This document shows positions 8,068 through 17,274 of a stretch of DNA of 64,000 bases, in pieces. The stretch spans positions 1-64,000 of IMG/VR virus record IMGVR_UViG_3300044994_000320. One strand, written 5' to 3'. Source of the stretch: a virus. The notes beneath the pieces are model-generated. The model was not told the DNA's origin and did not search any database. It worked only from the letters and a program-made list of their open reading frames with translations. Positions within the stretch are counted from its first letter, which is position 1, and every line of letters starts with the position of its first letter. A program made the position numbers and the translations under genes.

Positions 8068-8316
8068 ATGAAAAACAAAGAACCCGTAACACCCAAGCAA
8101 ATCGCCGAAGCGGTTTTAACCGCTAAGCGAGAGGCTAAAGACCCGTATGCGCAAATCTATCTGAACGCGCTACCGCTTGCTGCCGAAGAGTATGGCAGCG
8201 AGGGAGTGCTCGTTCAGCTGATGTACGCAATGGGCAATCTCGGTACTTGGCGCGGTGAAAAAGCGCGCGAGTGCAAAGACATTATCAAAAGATTTCTGAA
8301 ACAAAACGGCAAGTAG
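8068..8316 (+). CDS. Early hypothetical protein
   Basis: AAGGAG RBS, 82 aa ORF. Confidence 0.75.
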   Translation: MKNKEPVTPKQIAEAVLTAKREAKDPYAQIYLNALPLAAEEYGSEGVLVQLMYAMGNLGTWRGEKARECKDIIKRFLKQNGK

Positions 8317-8333
8317 TCGTTAAGGAGAACACA

Positions 8334-8636
8334 ATGAAAAAGAAAACAGCCAAGAAACAAACAATGAAAAAAATCGACAGGCTTTGCCCGCACAGCGAAA
8401 GCAAGTCTACAGATGCTGCTGACTACATGAAAGTAGGCGGCATCGAGTACTTTCGATTCTCAGGTAAAGTTGATTACATTCACCTTTTTGATGAGTCGGC
8501 GCTGTGTGAAAAGCCTTGTCTCTCTCACAATTACGCAGCGCTAAAGCCAAACGGTATCGTTTGCCCAGAGTGCCAAGCCAAAGCGATGGAAATTTCGCGC
8601 TTAGTAAAAGCGGCTAAGAAAGCCGCCGTAGCGTAA
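8334..8636 (+). CDS. Early hypothetical protein, putative Zn-binding (H..C..CPEC)
   Basis: AAGGAG RBS before ATG 8334. Confidence 0.65.
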   Translation: MKKKTAKKQTMKKIDRLCPHSESKSTDAADYMKVGGIEYFRFSGKVDYIHLFDESALCEKPCLSHNYAALKPNGIVCPECQAKAMEISRLVKAAKKAAVA

Positions 8637-8646
8637 GGAGTATAAG

Positions 8647-8850
8647 ATGAAAAAAGAAAGAAGCAAATACAAGCTGTGCAAGATATTCGGCTACATGAGG
8701 GGTCGCCAAGCAGGCCATAGATCGGACAATCGTCTCGATCCACTTGTGGAAATTGTGCGCCAAAAGCTTATAGCTTTCGACGCCATTACCGTACACGATG
8801 AGTGGCGAGGGTACGATTACGAAGAAGAGGGTTTGACGGGTTTCTTTTAG
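8647..8850 (+). CDS. Early hypothetical protein
   Basis: AAGGAG RBS, 67 aa. Confidence 0.65.
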   Translation: MKKERSKYKLCKIFGYMRGRQAGHRSDNRLDPLVEIVRQKLIAFDAITVHDEWRGYDYEEEGLTGFF

Positions 8851-8888
8851 GAGCGAGGGACGCAGTTCAGTATTGAAATAACCCGGTT

Positions 8889-8940
8889 TTGAGCCGCTAT
8901 CGAGGGTGTGAGCCTATCGCACCCTCTTTTAGCAGCTTGA
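8889..8940 (+). promoter_or_regulatory. RNA hairpin 3 with UC/UUU internal loop
   Basis: GCTA-TC-GAGGGTGTGA...TCGCACCCTC-TTT-TAGC. Confidence 0.65.
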
Positions 8941-8965
8941 TCTGCTAAATAAAATTTGATGGAGA

Positions 8966-9505
8966 TTGATTATGACTGAACAACCAGAAAATAAGTCTAC
9001 AAAGACAGGTTTAAGCATGGATGCAGCAAGAGCAAAGCTCGCAGAAGTGCAAGCGAAGAAAAAATCAGGCAAAACGTCTGAAGAAGATTCTGAAGCACGA
9101 GAAACTGCTCGTGCTAAGGAGAAAGCTGAGAAACTTGAAGCTAAGCGTCAGCTTCTACAAGGAGACGCAGACGAAATGGCTTTAGAAGAAAAAATCAACG
9201 CAGAAGCCTATGCTCCAGACCTCCTAAAAGGAGTACAAGAAGTGCTTCAAAACAAAGTTTTGAACACTCTCTTAGTTAGTGAAGGATGGGCAGAAGAAGA
9301 TGTTCTTCCAGGCACTCTTTTGATGGAGACACTTAAGTGCCTTTCAAAAGAAAATCCTAAAACTGCTGTTGCAGTTCTTTCAGAAATTGCCTGCAATGCT
9401 GAACTGATTTCAAAACTGAAGTCTCTCAAACCTAAGTTTGTGGGCAAAGTTGAAGAAGTCAATGGAAAGCTGAAGCCAACAGTTGAATTGACATTCGCTA
9501 ATTAA
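8966..9505 (+). CDS. Early hypothetical protein (coiled-coil N-terminus)
   Basis: GGAG RBS, 179 aa; flanked by hairpins 3 and 4. Confidence 0.75.
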   Translation: MIMTEQPENKSTKTGLSMDAARAKLAEVQAKKKSGKTSEEDSEARETARAKEKAEKLEAKRQLLQGDADEMALEEKINAEAYAPDLLKGVQEVLQNKVLNTLLVSEGWAEEDVLPGTLLMETLKCLSKENPKTAVAVLSEIACNAELISKLKSLKPKFVGKVEEVNGKLKPTVELTFAN

Positions 9506-9552
9506 ACCGCTATCGAGCGCACGAAACTCGTGCGCTCTTTTAGCTGTTTAAT
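9501..9552 (+). promoter_or_regulatory. RNA hairpin 4 with UC/UUU internal loop
   Basis: GCTA-TC-GAGCGCACGA...TCGTGCGCTC-TTT-TAGC. Confidence 0.65.
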
Positions 9553-9574
9553 TTAACAGTGAAAGGAGACACAA

Positions 9575-9778
9575 ATGAAAATAAAGATCAAGAAAGTCAA
9601 AGAACAAAAATCAGAGATGCGCGAGATTATTGAGAAAGCTTTCGGCATCGAAGAAGAAAAGCCTCAGATGCGCGAAGATAAAGTCCGGGCCTATCAAGAT
9701 CGCCAGAAGTTCTTAAAAAGTTTTGTCGGAACACAAGCCGAAGAACTTGCCAACCTCGTCTTACAGAAAGAAGGCTAA
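9575..9778 (+). CDS. Hypothetical protein
   Basis: AAGGAG RBS, 67 aa. Confidence 0.7.
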   Translation: MKIKIKKVKEQKSEMREIIEKAFGIEEEKPQMREDKVRAYQDRQKFLKSFVGTQAEELANLVLQKEG

Positions 9779-9779
9779 A

Positions 9780-10418
9780 ATGGCAAAGATAAACATAGTC
9801 GCGCAATCAAAAATGCGCGCAAGAGATTACGATGACGCGCCTGTAAAAGTTCGTAAGCTCTCAACGAAGGCGCTTGAACAGTACAAAGAAAAAATGCGCG
9901 AGCATAGGGAAGACCAGATTCAGGAGGATAAAGAATACGACGAAAGAAACTACTATCGTGGGTCTCGATGGCAGTTTGTTGAGAGGATGGGCGGAAATTA
10001 TTTCTGCCCACTGTTCCATGCTGCTCGCGAGCAGTTCCCACAAAAGTTTGTCGGTGTACATGGAATGCCATCGGTAGAAGAGGGCATAACTTGTATGCGT
10101 GGGGAATGCCCCCACTATCGCACGGCAGAAGTCGATGATTGCAATTATTGGGCGTATTGTAACTTTGACCAAGAAGAAGAGATAGATGCGGCAGTGATTT
10201 TCTGGATTGCCTACTTTTTAGACGCCCAGCTTGAAGAAGAGCACTGGTTTCCTGAGTGGCATTGCAAAGAAAAGCATCTACACACACAGCTCATCCGCGA
10301 TAACGCTTCAGCGGTACGAAAGTTTATGTCGCGAATGGGCTCACGGTATTCCACCTTTAAGCCCAAAGAAAAAATAATCGAGGAGATTGTCTACCTCAAG
10401 GAGAACGAAAATGAATAA
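9780..10418 (+). CDS. Hypothetical Cys-containing protein
   Basis: Long ORF packed between neighbours. Confidence 0.65.
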   Translation: MAKINIVAQSKMRARDYDDAPVKVRKLSTKALEQYKEKMREHREDQIQEDKEYDERNYYRGSRWQFVERMGGNYFCPLFHAAREQFPQKFVGVHGMPSVEEGITCMRGECPHYRTAEVDDCNYWAYCNFDQEEEIDAAVIFWIAYFLDAQLEEEHWFPEWHCKEKHLHTQLIRDNASAVRKFMSRMGSRYSTFKPKEKIIEEIVYLKENENE

Positions 10419-10815
10419 GCATCCAGTTAAGCACAGTGCAAAGAAGCTGCGCAAAGCAGCATCTCGTAGAGAAACAGGCCCAAGCCTCAAAGAGCTTCTC
10501 GAAAAGAAATTCTGCATAGAAATAGTCGAGCATGCTTCCGAAGACGAATACAGCCAAAGCCGGTATGTCGTTTGGATAAAGTCGCCCACAGGCGTTAAAA
10601 GAATCTGGTGTCAAAACTGGCTTAAGACATTGCTTGATGTTAATACGTTCATATTCGCTTGCATGGGCAAAGTAAGCATTTCGACCATGCATAAAGTAGA
10701 ATCGCTTTTTAGCGATAAGCAGCTTCGTGAAATGCGTGTACAGCTTCTTCGAGTTGTTAACCCGCAAGAGCACAACGATCCAAACTGGATATGGGGTATC
10801 CATGTCTACAAGTAA
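10411..10815 (+). CDS. Hypothetical protein
   Basis: AAGGAG RBS before ATG 10411. Confidence 0.65.
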   Translation: MNKHPVKHSAKKLRKAASRRETGPSLKELLEKKFCIEIVEHASEDEYSQSRYVVWIKSPTGVKRIWCQNWLKTLLDVNTFIFACMGKVSISTMHKVESLFSDKQLREMRVQLLRVVNPQEHNDPNWIWGIHVYK

Positions 10816-11236
10816 GATTATAGGTTTAAGCGATACAGTAGACCGAATAAAGACTACGCTCGACGATTATGTCGAACAGATCGAAAGAATTCGCGGATAT
10901 CATTGTCAAGAAGGGCGTAGCGATAAAGTGTACTGGTTCGTCGCGGTCAAAAATGCGCAAAACCTGTATGACGTGGTAACCTATTGGGGGAGAAACGGCA
11001 TTCGCAACCTACGGTGGAGCATTTCCGCTCGTGGGAAAACCCTTTTAGAGCTTGAAGAGTATTTTAAGGAAGCTGACGATGAAAGACGTAAAAAAAAGTA
11101 CGTGCTCGATATGACGGCAAGCAATAAGATGCGGTTTCTTTTGAACCTGAAAAGACCTGATACCTCGGGTAATTCCGAAGAATCTTTGGAAAAGGTTTAT
11201 CAGTCCGTAGAGCAAAAAAACGCGCTGTTGCTATAA
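10802..11236 (+). CDS. WGR-domain protein
   Basis: RSDKVYWF...VVTYWGRNG...KKKY pattern of WGR nucleic-acid-binding domains. Confidence 0.65.
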   Translation: MSTSKIIGLSDTVDRIKTTLDDYVEQIERIRGYHCQEGRSDKVYWFVAVKNAQNLYDVVTYWGRNGIRNLRWSISARGKTLLELEEYFKEADDERRKKKYVLDMTASNKMRFLLNLKRPDTSGNSEESLEKVYQSVEQKNALLL

Positions 11237-11258
11237 TTTTCGTTTGTGATTCCCTTTT

Positions 11259-11291
11259 GCTGGCGCCTGAAAAAACAGGCGCCAGCTTTTT
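11259..11291 (+). terminator. Intrinsic terminator
   Basis: GCTGGCGCCTG-A6-CAGGCGCCAGC followed by TTTTT. Confidence 0.8.
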
Positions 11292-11312
11292 CAGACTACA
11301 GGAGAAAGTAAT

Positions 11313-11618
11313 ATGCAAGTGACCATAAAAAATTTCAAGACTCAGATTTGGCGCCTCACGCCAGAATCCCGTAAGCGTGTGTTGCATAAGCTTTTCACGC
11401 TTTATCTGTCTCCAGGATCGATCCGCCGCCTCGAAAAAATCGAAACGGCATATTGGAAAAATAGGCAAAATTGGAGCCACGAGAAGTACGCGAAGATTCA
11501 AAACAAGGCTATAATCCGCATTTTAGCCGAAGAGACCTCTGTTTGGGGTACAGAAATTCGCGCGGCATTAAGAATGCCGAAATTAGACCCGTCTTTGATT
11601 ATACTGGAGGTAGCATGA
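11313..11618 (+). CDS. Hypothetical protein
   Basis: AGGAG RBS, 101 aa. Confidence 0.65.
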   Translation: MQVTIKNFKTQIWRLTPESRKRVLHKLFTLYLSPGSIRRLEKIETAYWKNRQNWSHEKYAKIQNKAIIRILAEETSVWGTEIRAALRMPKLDPSLIILEVA

Positions 11619-11989
11619 GCGGTTTAACTGTGTCCAAGAAACATGGCTTGAACCCTTCAATCGTCGTGTGTATCTTATGCCATAAAGATACAGGAGTCGC
11701 CCTTTTAGGGGCGCTCCCAGGCGACGCCGAAGCTCCGCGCAAGATACTTGATCCGTTTAATCCCTACGAACCTTGTCCAGCTTGTAAAGAAGCGTATCTT
11801 TCCCAAGGTACACTTCTTCTGTCTGTAACAGAAGACAAGAAGTACGTCGGCGATTTAATGGTTTTGAAAGATGCCGCTTTCCGTGAATGCTTCGGCGAGG
11901 AACCACCAAAAGGTAAAGTCTGCTTCGTTGATAAAAGCGCGTTCGACCAGCTTTACGCTAACTATCAAGCTGTGAAAAATGGTGCATAA
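11615..11989 (+). CDS. Hypothetical Zn-binding protein (CxxC...CxxC)
   Basis: GGAGG RBS, ATGA overlap; SKKHGLNPS..CILC..EPCPAC. Confidence 0.7.
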   Translation: MSGLTVSKKHGLNPSIVVCILCHKDTGVALLGALPGDAEAPRKILDPFNPYEPCPACKEAYLSQGTLLLSVTEDKKYVGDLMVLKDAAFRECFGEEPPKGKVCFVDKSAFDQLYANYQAVKNGA

Positions 11990-12212
11990 ACGTGACTCAG
12001 TATCAGCTACGTTTAGCGGCGACTTTTCAAGTCGAAGAAAAGACCTTAAGCTGTTAGAATAGCTTATGAACCGTGCGGAAACAGGCGTGATCTGTGGACT
12101 TTTTTCCAAAGCATTTATTGGCCCAGAAAGTCTTGTAGCCTTTCTGCTTGCGGGTGCGACAATTTTTGCGGCCATGTCCGTGTACGCGTTTTTAATTAAC
12201 AAAGGAGTTTCA

Positions 12213-12590
12213 ATGGCAAAGAAAAATGATTTAGGAGTAAAGATTACGCGAAAAGACATAGAGGGACACCAAGTCGTTATAGTGGATGGCCCCCTCAAAA
12301 GCGGTACAGAGTTCGATTTCGATGAGGTTCTGAGTGAAGCTGAGTCAAAGGCAAAAAAGCCGCCGTCGGTCATTATCGACATGACAAAATGCCCCTTTAT
12401 GAACTCAGCCTCGCTCGGGATGCTCCTGAATACGCATCGTCGGATTTCCGATAAACACGGGCTGCTGGTACTTGTTGGCATAAGCAAAGACGTAGAAGAT
12501 TTGATTAAGATTACAAGGCTCTCTACGATATTTCATATTGAGATGTCTTTGGTAGACGCTCAACGCGCGATAGAAGAAATGACTGCATGA
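12213..12590 (+). CDS. STAS-domain anti-sigma-factor antagonist (SpoIIAA/RsbV-like)
   Basis: VIIDMTKCPFMNSASLGML...LVLVG...LIKITRL..IF; AAAGGAG RBS before ATG 12213. Confidence 0.85.
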   Translation: MAKKNDLGVKITRKDIEGHQVVIVDGPLKSGTEFDFDEVLSEAESKAKKPPSVIIDMTKCPFMNSASLGMLLNTHRRISDKHGLLVLVGISKDVEDLIKITRLSTIFHIEMSLVDAQRAIEEMTA

Positions 12591-12817
12591 GCTTTCTGAG
12601 CTTCATCGCAGCGTTGCTTTTGAGTACAGCCTTGGCTATCGCGTTTCTGCTATACGTGGCATACAGTTACCTCTTTCAAAAGTTCTTGTTCGTGTCGTTC
12701 GGCGACAGACGCTTTTGCGGATTCTGCGGTCAAAGGCAGTACCACGTAAACGGCGCGTGGAAAGATGACTCAAACAAGCCTAATCCGTCGTGCAAGTGCC
12801 ACCAGTTTACATCATAA
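12587..12817 (+). CDS. Small membrane protein with Cys motif
   Basis: N-terminal hydrophobic helix, CxxC and CxC. Confidence 0.55.
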   Translation: MSFLSFIAALLLSTALAIAFLLYVAYSYLFQKFLFVSFGDRRFCGFCGQRQYHVNGAWKDDSNKPNPSCKCHQFTS

Positions 12818-13048
12818 CTCAAATGCCTTGCACTTGTGGTAGGGCTAAAAGAGATTTTAGTGATATTGAAGTTGTAGCTCAGCATAAAAGGCCCAATCAA
12901 GCCACAAGAATATCCCGCTTCGTTCACGTAAAGTGTACCCGTCTCGGGTGTCAAGGTAACTGGTTTACAGATGCACAGTATGCTCGTTCGCTGCACAAAG
13001 AGCATCGTCGTATTCGATAGTCAAAAGAACTTAACAGGAGAGATTGTA

Positions 13049-13255
13049 ATGGAATTTGCAAAAGACAAAGAACAAGAATTTATGATTATTGAAGGCACAA
13101 TAAAGCGGCGCACAGAAAAAGCCATACTCGTAGACGTAGGTGGTGTCGAAGAATGGCTACCCCTTTCTCAGATCGAGGATTTAGATGAAAGCGCAAATGG
13201 GGAATTTACGTGTACGATTCCCGCGTGGCTTTATGAGAAAAAAGGGTTCGATTGA
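13049..13255 (+). CDS. Small conserved phage beta-barrel protein
   Basis: AGGAG RBS; TEKAILV..EEWLPLSQI..IPAWL pattern. Confidence 0.6.
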   Translation: MEFAKDKEQEFMIIEGTIKRRTEKAILVDVGGVEEWLPLSQIEDLDESANGEFTCTIPAWLYEKKGFD

Positions 13256-13494
13256 AGCTTCTAGAAAACGAAGATTTCCAAGACGCTGCGTGCATTCAAG
13301 GGTTCGTAGAGCAATGTAACCGAATGCTCAGCGCAAAAGCAGGTGCCGTGCCTCAATTCGACCTGTGGCTATGCGAGATTCTCGTAACAGAATCGCACAT
13401 AGAACAAACGGATAGTGCGTTCTTTTTGCGAGGGTACGTTAAAGGGCAAAACGGCCAAACTGTTCAAATTACGCTTAAAGGAGACCGTGTATGA
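13252..13494 (+). CDS. Hypothetical protein
   Basis: Coupled ORF, 80 aa. Confidence 0.5.
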   Translation: MKLLENEDFQDAACIQGFVEQCNRMLSAKAGAVPQFDLWLCEILVTESHIEQTDSAFFLRGYVKGQNGQTVQITLKGDRV

Positions 13495-13537
13495 AAAACC
13501 AAAAAACAAAAAACAAAAGTGCACCCACGGGGGAAAA

Positions 13538-13966
13538 ATGAGCTTAACTCAAGGCCTAGTCTTCACGTGCGTAACCCTGCTCCTCGTAATTACAGTCGTG
13601 TTGCGTTTGTTAATGATGAAGTACAAAGAAGTAAAAACGTTACGAATACAGTACGAAAAAAATCTGAAAACACAGCGCGCGGTTTTAGGTGGAAAGTTTG
13701 CGGAGAACCTCGCCCCATTTTTTCCCGACTTCCCTTTCGATCCGACTGAGTGTCACTTTGTCGGTAGCCCAATAGACTTCATCGTGTTTGAAGGGGCTAA
13801 AGACAAAGAAGTGAGCAAAATCGTTTTCCTCGAAGTTAAGTCGGGTAAAGCAAGAAAAAGTGAGGTGCAAAAAAGCATTTTTGATGCAATCGCAAATGGC
13901 CGAGTTTCTTGGCGTGAGTACCGGGTACCGGAGAACGTCACAGGAAAGGTAGTTCACGATGCTTGA
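13538..13966 (+). CDS. Membrane-anchored PD-(D/E)xK endonuclease (Holliday-junction-resolvase-like, COG4741 type)
   Basis: N-terminal TM; GKFAENLAPF, GSPIDFIVF, FLEVKSG motifs. Confidence 0.85.
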   Translation: MSLTQGLVFTCVTLLLVITVVLRLLMMKYKEVKTLRIQYEKNLKTQRAVLGGKFAENLAPFFPDFPFDPTECHFVGSPIDFIVFEGAKDKEVSKIVFLEVKSGKARKSEVQKSIFDAIANGRVSWREYRVPENVTGKVVHDA

Positions 13967-14213
13967 GACTCTTACAACCTACATCGGCTACACGACACTG
14001 TTTGCATGCATCCTGTTTCTTACTGGCACAGTAATGCTTTGTTTAGTATACGCACTACTCGAAGGAAAAGTCGTTCCGGCAGCTATCGGCGCCATTTTGG
14101 GCTTGTGTGCGTACTCATCTGGAATGGTGTTGTATAAAAAGTATTATGGGCTAAGAAAGTGTATTAAAGTCCAAAAGGAGATAAGATGTTCGGAAAAACA
14201 TTCAGAAAAATAA
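13959..14213 (+). CDS. Small two-TM membrane protein
   Basis: Two hydrophobic helices. Confidence 0.55.
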   Translation: MLETLTTYIGYTTLFACILFLTGTVMLCLVYALLEGKVVPAAIGAILGLCAYSSGMVLYKKYYGLRKCIKVQKEIRCSEKHSEK

Positions 14214-14461
14214 TCAGCAAGCTCTACTTTAAGTATTGCTTTCGCAAAGAGACCTTCGCGCAAGAGATCGTCTTTTACATGATTCCAAGTCGCTTGGACA
14301 AAAAAGAGTGCTCGGCGATTCTTACACAAATAGAGAGCAATTTCAATCATTCAGAAGACGGCGATCGGCTGCCCCCGTATCGACTACGCCCATTGGCTCT
14401 TGGGCCGGCAGACGATGTTAGCGTAGAAGGCGAAGTAAGGATGGCATCTCACCATGAGTAA
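14186..14461 (+). CDS. Hypothetical protein
   Basis: AAGGAG RBS. Confidence 0.55.
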   Translation: MFGKTFRKIISKLYFKYCFRKETFAQEIVFYMIPSRLDKKECSAILTQIESNFNHSEDGDRLPPYRLRPLALGPADDVSVEGEVRMASHHE

Positions 14462-14786
14462 CAATATCGTGGAACGCAAAAAGAGCGTAACCAGAATTCT
14501 CAGCCTGTGCGACGGCAAAGTGCTCAAGTGCATAAAAGAACCTCAAGGCGAGCATTACCTAGACGGCTTTTACGCAGAGAAATTCTACGTGATGCGCCCG
14601 ACAAATACGCCCGCACGCGTGGAGATTTTAGGAAGCAAAACGCAAATGTACTCATCAGTTTTGCCAAAAGAAATCTACGATAATGCACTTAAAGTAATGG
14701 CAAAAACTTCACCGATGATTCTCGACCAGTATTTCAAAGAAGTACCAGTCGGAGAATTTCTGGATTCAGTGAGCCAAGACTGGTAG
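14454..14786 (+). CDS. Hypothetical protein
   Basis: Coupled ORF, 110 aa. Confidence 0.6.
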   Translation: MSNNIVERKKSVTRILSLCDGKVLKCIKEPQGEHYLDGFYAEKFYVMRPTNTPARVEILGSKTQMYSSVLPKEIYDNALKVMAKTSPMILDQYFKEVPVGEFLDSVSQDW

Positions 14787-15084
14787 ACGCTAATGACACT
14801 CGATATGCCCGGCCTTGCCGGAATTGTATGCGGATGCCTTTTCGGGCTTTTTCTGGTTATGATCCTGTGGCGTGGCATTACAAAGATAAATTCAGGAGTT
14901 CGCTCCACGTTTATCGCCAAGGCTTCAAAAATTGATACATCGAGGAATCAATGACCACGAGAGCAGTCTTTATATCTATCTATTCGATCGCGTTTGCCGC
15001 GGTGTACTACTGGCCGAGCGTACACCGGTTTATTCACACGGTATTTCACTGGCTCGGGTTACCATGCTTTTAGGAGAAAAAGAC

Positions 15085-15510
15085 ATGAAAACAGAATTGA
15101 AAAAGAAAACAAAAAAGACTTCCAGCGTCGAGAAATTACAAGAAACATCGGTGCTTAAGGAGAATGAGTACAAGGTTCCCGGCATTTACCCAGGCTTGAT
15201 CGCCAAGTGGGGATTAAACTATAAGGGTAAAAACATCTTGCAAGCAACAAGACCAGATGGCCTAGTTGTGTACTTCGATCTGGTAGATACTGACTTGCAC
15301 AAAGCTCTTAATGCCATACGCGCTTACGAATCTCCAGAAAAAGTGGTTCTTGCTGTAGCTATGGTACGCGCTTCTCAGATTGCTGAAAATTACGGCGAAA
15401 AAGTCGGCCTCAAGAATATGGGGCTAAAGTATCTGCAGCTTATGCAAAAGTCTAAGACTCTGCGTTCGCCAAAAGCCCAGAAACCCCGCCGCGCAAAGGA
15501 GGTAAGGTAA
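15085..15510 (+). CDS. Hypothetical protein
   Basis: AGGAG RBS before ATG 15085. Confidence 0.6.
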   Translation: MKTELKKKTKKTSSVEKLQETSVLKENEYKVPGIYPGLIAKWGLNYKGKNILQATRPDGLVVYFDLVDTDLHKALNAIRAYESPEKVVLAVAMVRASQIAENYGEKVGLKNMGLKYLQLMQKSKTLRSPKAQKPRRAKEVR

Positions 15511-15511
15511 A

Positions 15512-16075
15512 ATGAGTTTCACAAAAAATGATAAGGATCACCTGGTGAGTAAAATCACCGATTTACGGCTCAAGGAAGAAAAAGAAGCTCTCGACAAAGA
15601 GATCACAGCTTTCTGCAAAAAAGTCGCAAGAGAATCGCTTGGAATGCCCGACTCCCTTTTAGAGAAAATTCCTGAAGGAGTTTTGGCTACTACGAACTTC
15701 ATGTCTTTTTACGACAAAAACTCTCACGTGCTCTCTCACAAATTGGATGAGCATGTCCCAGTTCGAGGCTCTTTGGTCAACCGCTATGATACAGCAGTAC
15801 CCGTCACCGGGCGCACACTTACAGAAGCGGTTGCCTTTGCCAAAAAGAAGGAAGCCTTGGATAAAAAGAGATTAGCAATTCGTGAAGCTGTACGCAGTGT
15901 CGTTTACTCCGTCTCTTCTGCCAAAAAGCTTCTCGAAGTGTGGCCAGAGGTTGCACAAATCGTGACTATTGAAGTAGAGGTTAAGAAAAACCAGGTATCG
16001 CTCGTTCCGCTGGTTAAAAACGTAAATCAGCTTCTCGGGCTAAAACCCGTTGAAAAGACTGCAAAGAACGCATGA
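15512..16075 (+). CDS. Nmad5-like (nucleotide-modification-associated domain 5) protein
   Basis: C-terminal KKLLEVWPE signature. Confidence 0.6.
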   Translation: MSFTKNDKDHLVSKITDLRLKEEKEALDKEITAFCKKVARESLGMPDSLLEKIPEGVLATTNFMSFYDKNSHVLSHKLDEHVPVRGSLVNRYDTAVPVTGRTLTEAVAFAKKKEALDKKRLAIREAVRSVVYSVSSAKKLLEVWPEVAQIVTIEVEVKKNQVSLVPLVKNVNQLLGLKPVEKTAKNA

Positions 16076-16146
16076 TGGAAGACCGAAAAGACGACCAAGG
16101 TATTGTATCACAGAAGGCTGTCCGAACAGCCTCAAGGAGAAGAAAA

Positions 16147-16608
16147 ATGGCAAGACGTAAGAGCATCCTAAATTACACGAGCAGAGTTCCCGCCTCAAAG
16201 TCGATCGCTGAAATCGAAGAGTTACTGGTGGAGATCGGTGCTACCGGCTTTCAAAAAGAGTATCTGGATAAGAAAATCTGCGGGCTAAAGTTCATCGTTG
16301 AGTTGCCCGGTGCAGGCATTAAAAGGGTGTTTTCCATCCCAGCAAAGCCCGAGGTTGTTTACAGCGTTATGACAAAAGACCGGCGAATTCAAAAACGCGC
16401 AGAAGAGGGATACCGAGAGCAAGCGGAGCGCACTGCCTGGCGTATTGTCCGCGATTGGGTAGAAGTCCAATGTACGATGGTCAGGTTACAGCAGGCAGAC
16501 GCGTTCGAGGTCTTTCTCCCATACATGATCGACAAACACGGTGAAACCATGTACCAGCGCTTTGCCAAAGTAGATTTCAAACTGCTCGGGGATGGGAAAG
16601 TGGGCTAA
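16147..16608 (+). CDS. Conserved phage hypothetical protein
   Basis: NYTS.VP..KSIAEI and QAERTAWRIVRDWVE..EVFLPY motifs; AAGGAG RBS. Confidence 0.7.
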   Translation: MARRKSILNYTSRVPASKSIAEIEELLVEIGATGFQKEYLDKKICGLKFIVELPGAGIKRVFSIPAKPEVVYSVMTKDRRIQKRAEEGYREQAERTAWRIVRDWVEVQCTMVRLQQADAFEVFLPYMIDKHGETMYQRFAKVDFKLLGDGKVG

Positions 16609-16695
16609 AAAAATGCCATGAAGTCGATCAAAGCAATACGGCAGACATTCTCGGCAAAGAATCGATATTGAGCATAAAAGAGCGAAAGAGGCAAA

Positions 16696-17085
16696 ATGTC
16701 TAAAGAAGTGAAGACCGTCTATTATGCCCGGTCAATTCAGATCATGGGCACAAAAGAAGACCGAGAGAACATTCGTGCTATAAAAGAAAAGTACCCCGAT
16801 GCCAAAATTGACAAGGCGCTAAAAACCGATCACAAAAAGCGCAAAGGTGTTAGAGACTCTATGAAAGTCTTCCATAAGCGTGTAGATAAAGCTGATGTCG
16901 TTATTTTAGCGGAATCGGTCGATGGGTATGTTTCTTCGGGGGTTATGTCCGAAGCACAGCACGCGCTGCATAACCGCATACCCGTGGAACGTGTGCGCGG
17001 TAATGCGTTCAAAAAAGTAAAAGACCTCAAAGTTGTCAAAGAGCCGGATGCACGAAAAAAATGGGCGAAAGTAAAGACCAGGTAG
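16696..17085 (+). CDS. Nucleoside 2-deoxyribosyltransferase/hydrolase-like protein
   Basis: VYYA start strand; ADVVI..VSSGVMSEAQHALHNRIPV (S-x-G-x-x-x-E motif). Confidence 0.55.
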   Translation: MSKEVKTVYYARSIQIMGTKEDRENIRAIKEKYPDAKIDKALKTDHKKRKGVRDSMKVFHKRVDKADVVILAESVDGYVSSGVMSEAQHALHNRIPVERVRGNAFKKVKDLKVVKEPDARKKWAKVKTR

Positions 17086-17274
17086 CCAAGGAGATCACTA
17101 TGCCAGTAACAAATTCAGTTATTCAGGCGCAGAAATCCGACAATTTGCTCACAAAGGCCATGAAACGCCAAGGTCTTACCAGGGTACAGTGCGCATGTTT
17201 AGCGTGGGTTATCATATACCCCGGCGAAACTAAAACAGTGTGCGCTAACTGCGGAAAAATTCACGAGATCAAAA

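Noticed and set aside
11855-12487. Minus-strand 210-aa ORF
   Set aside because: Shadow of the STAS gene and its neighbours
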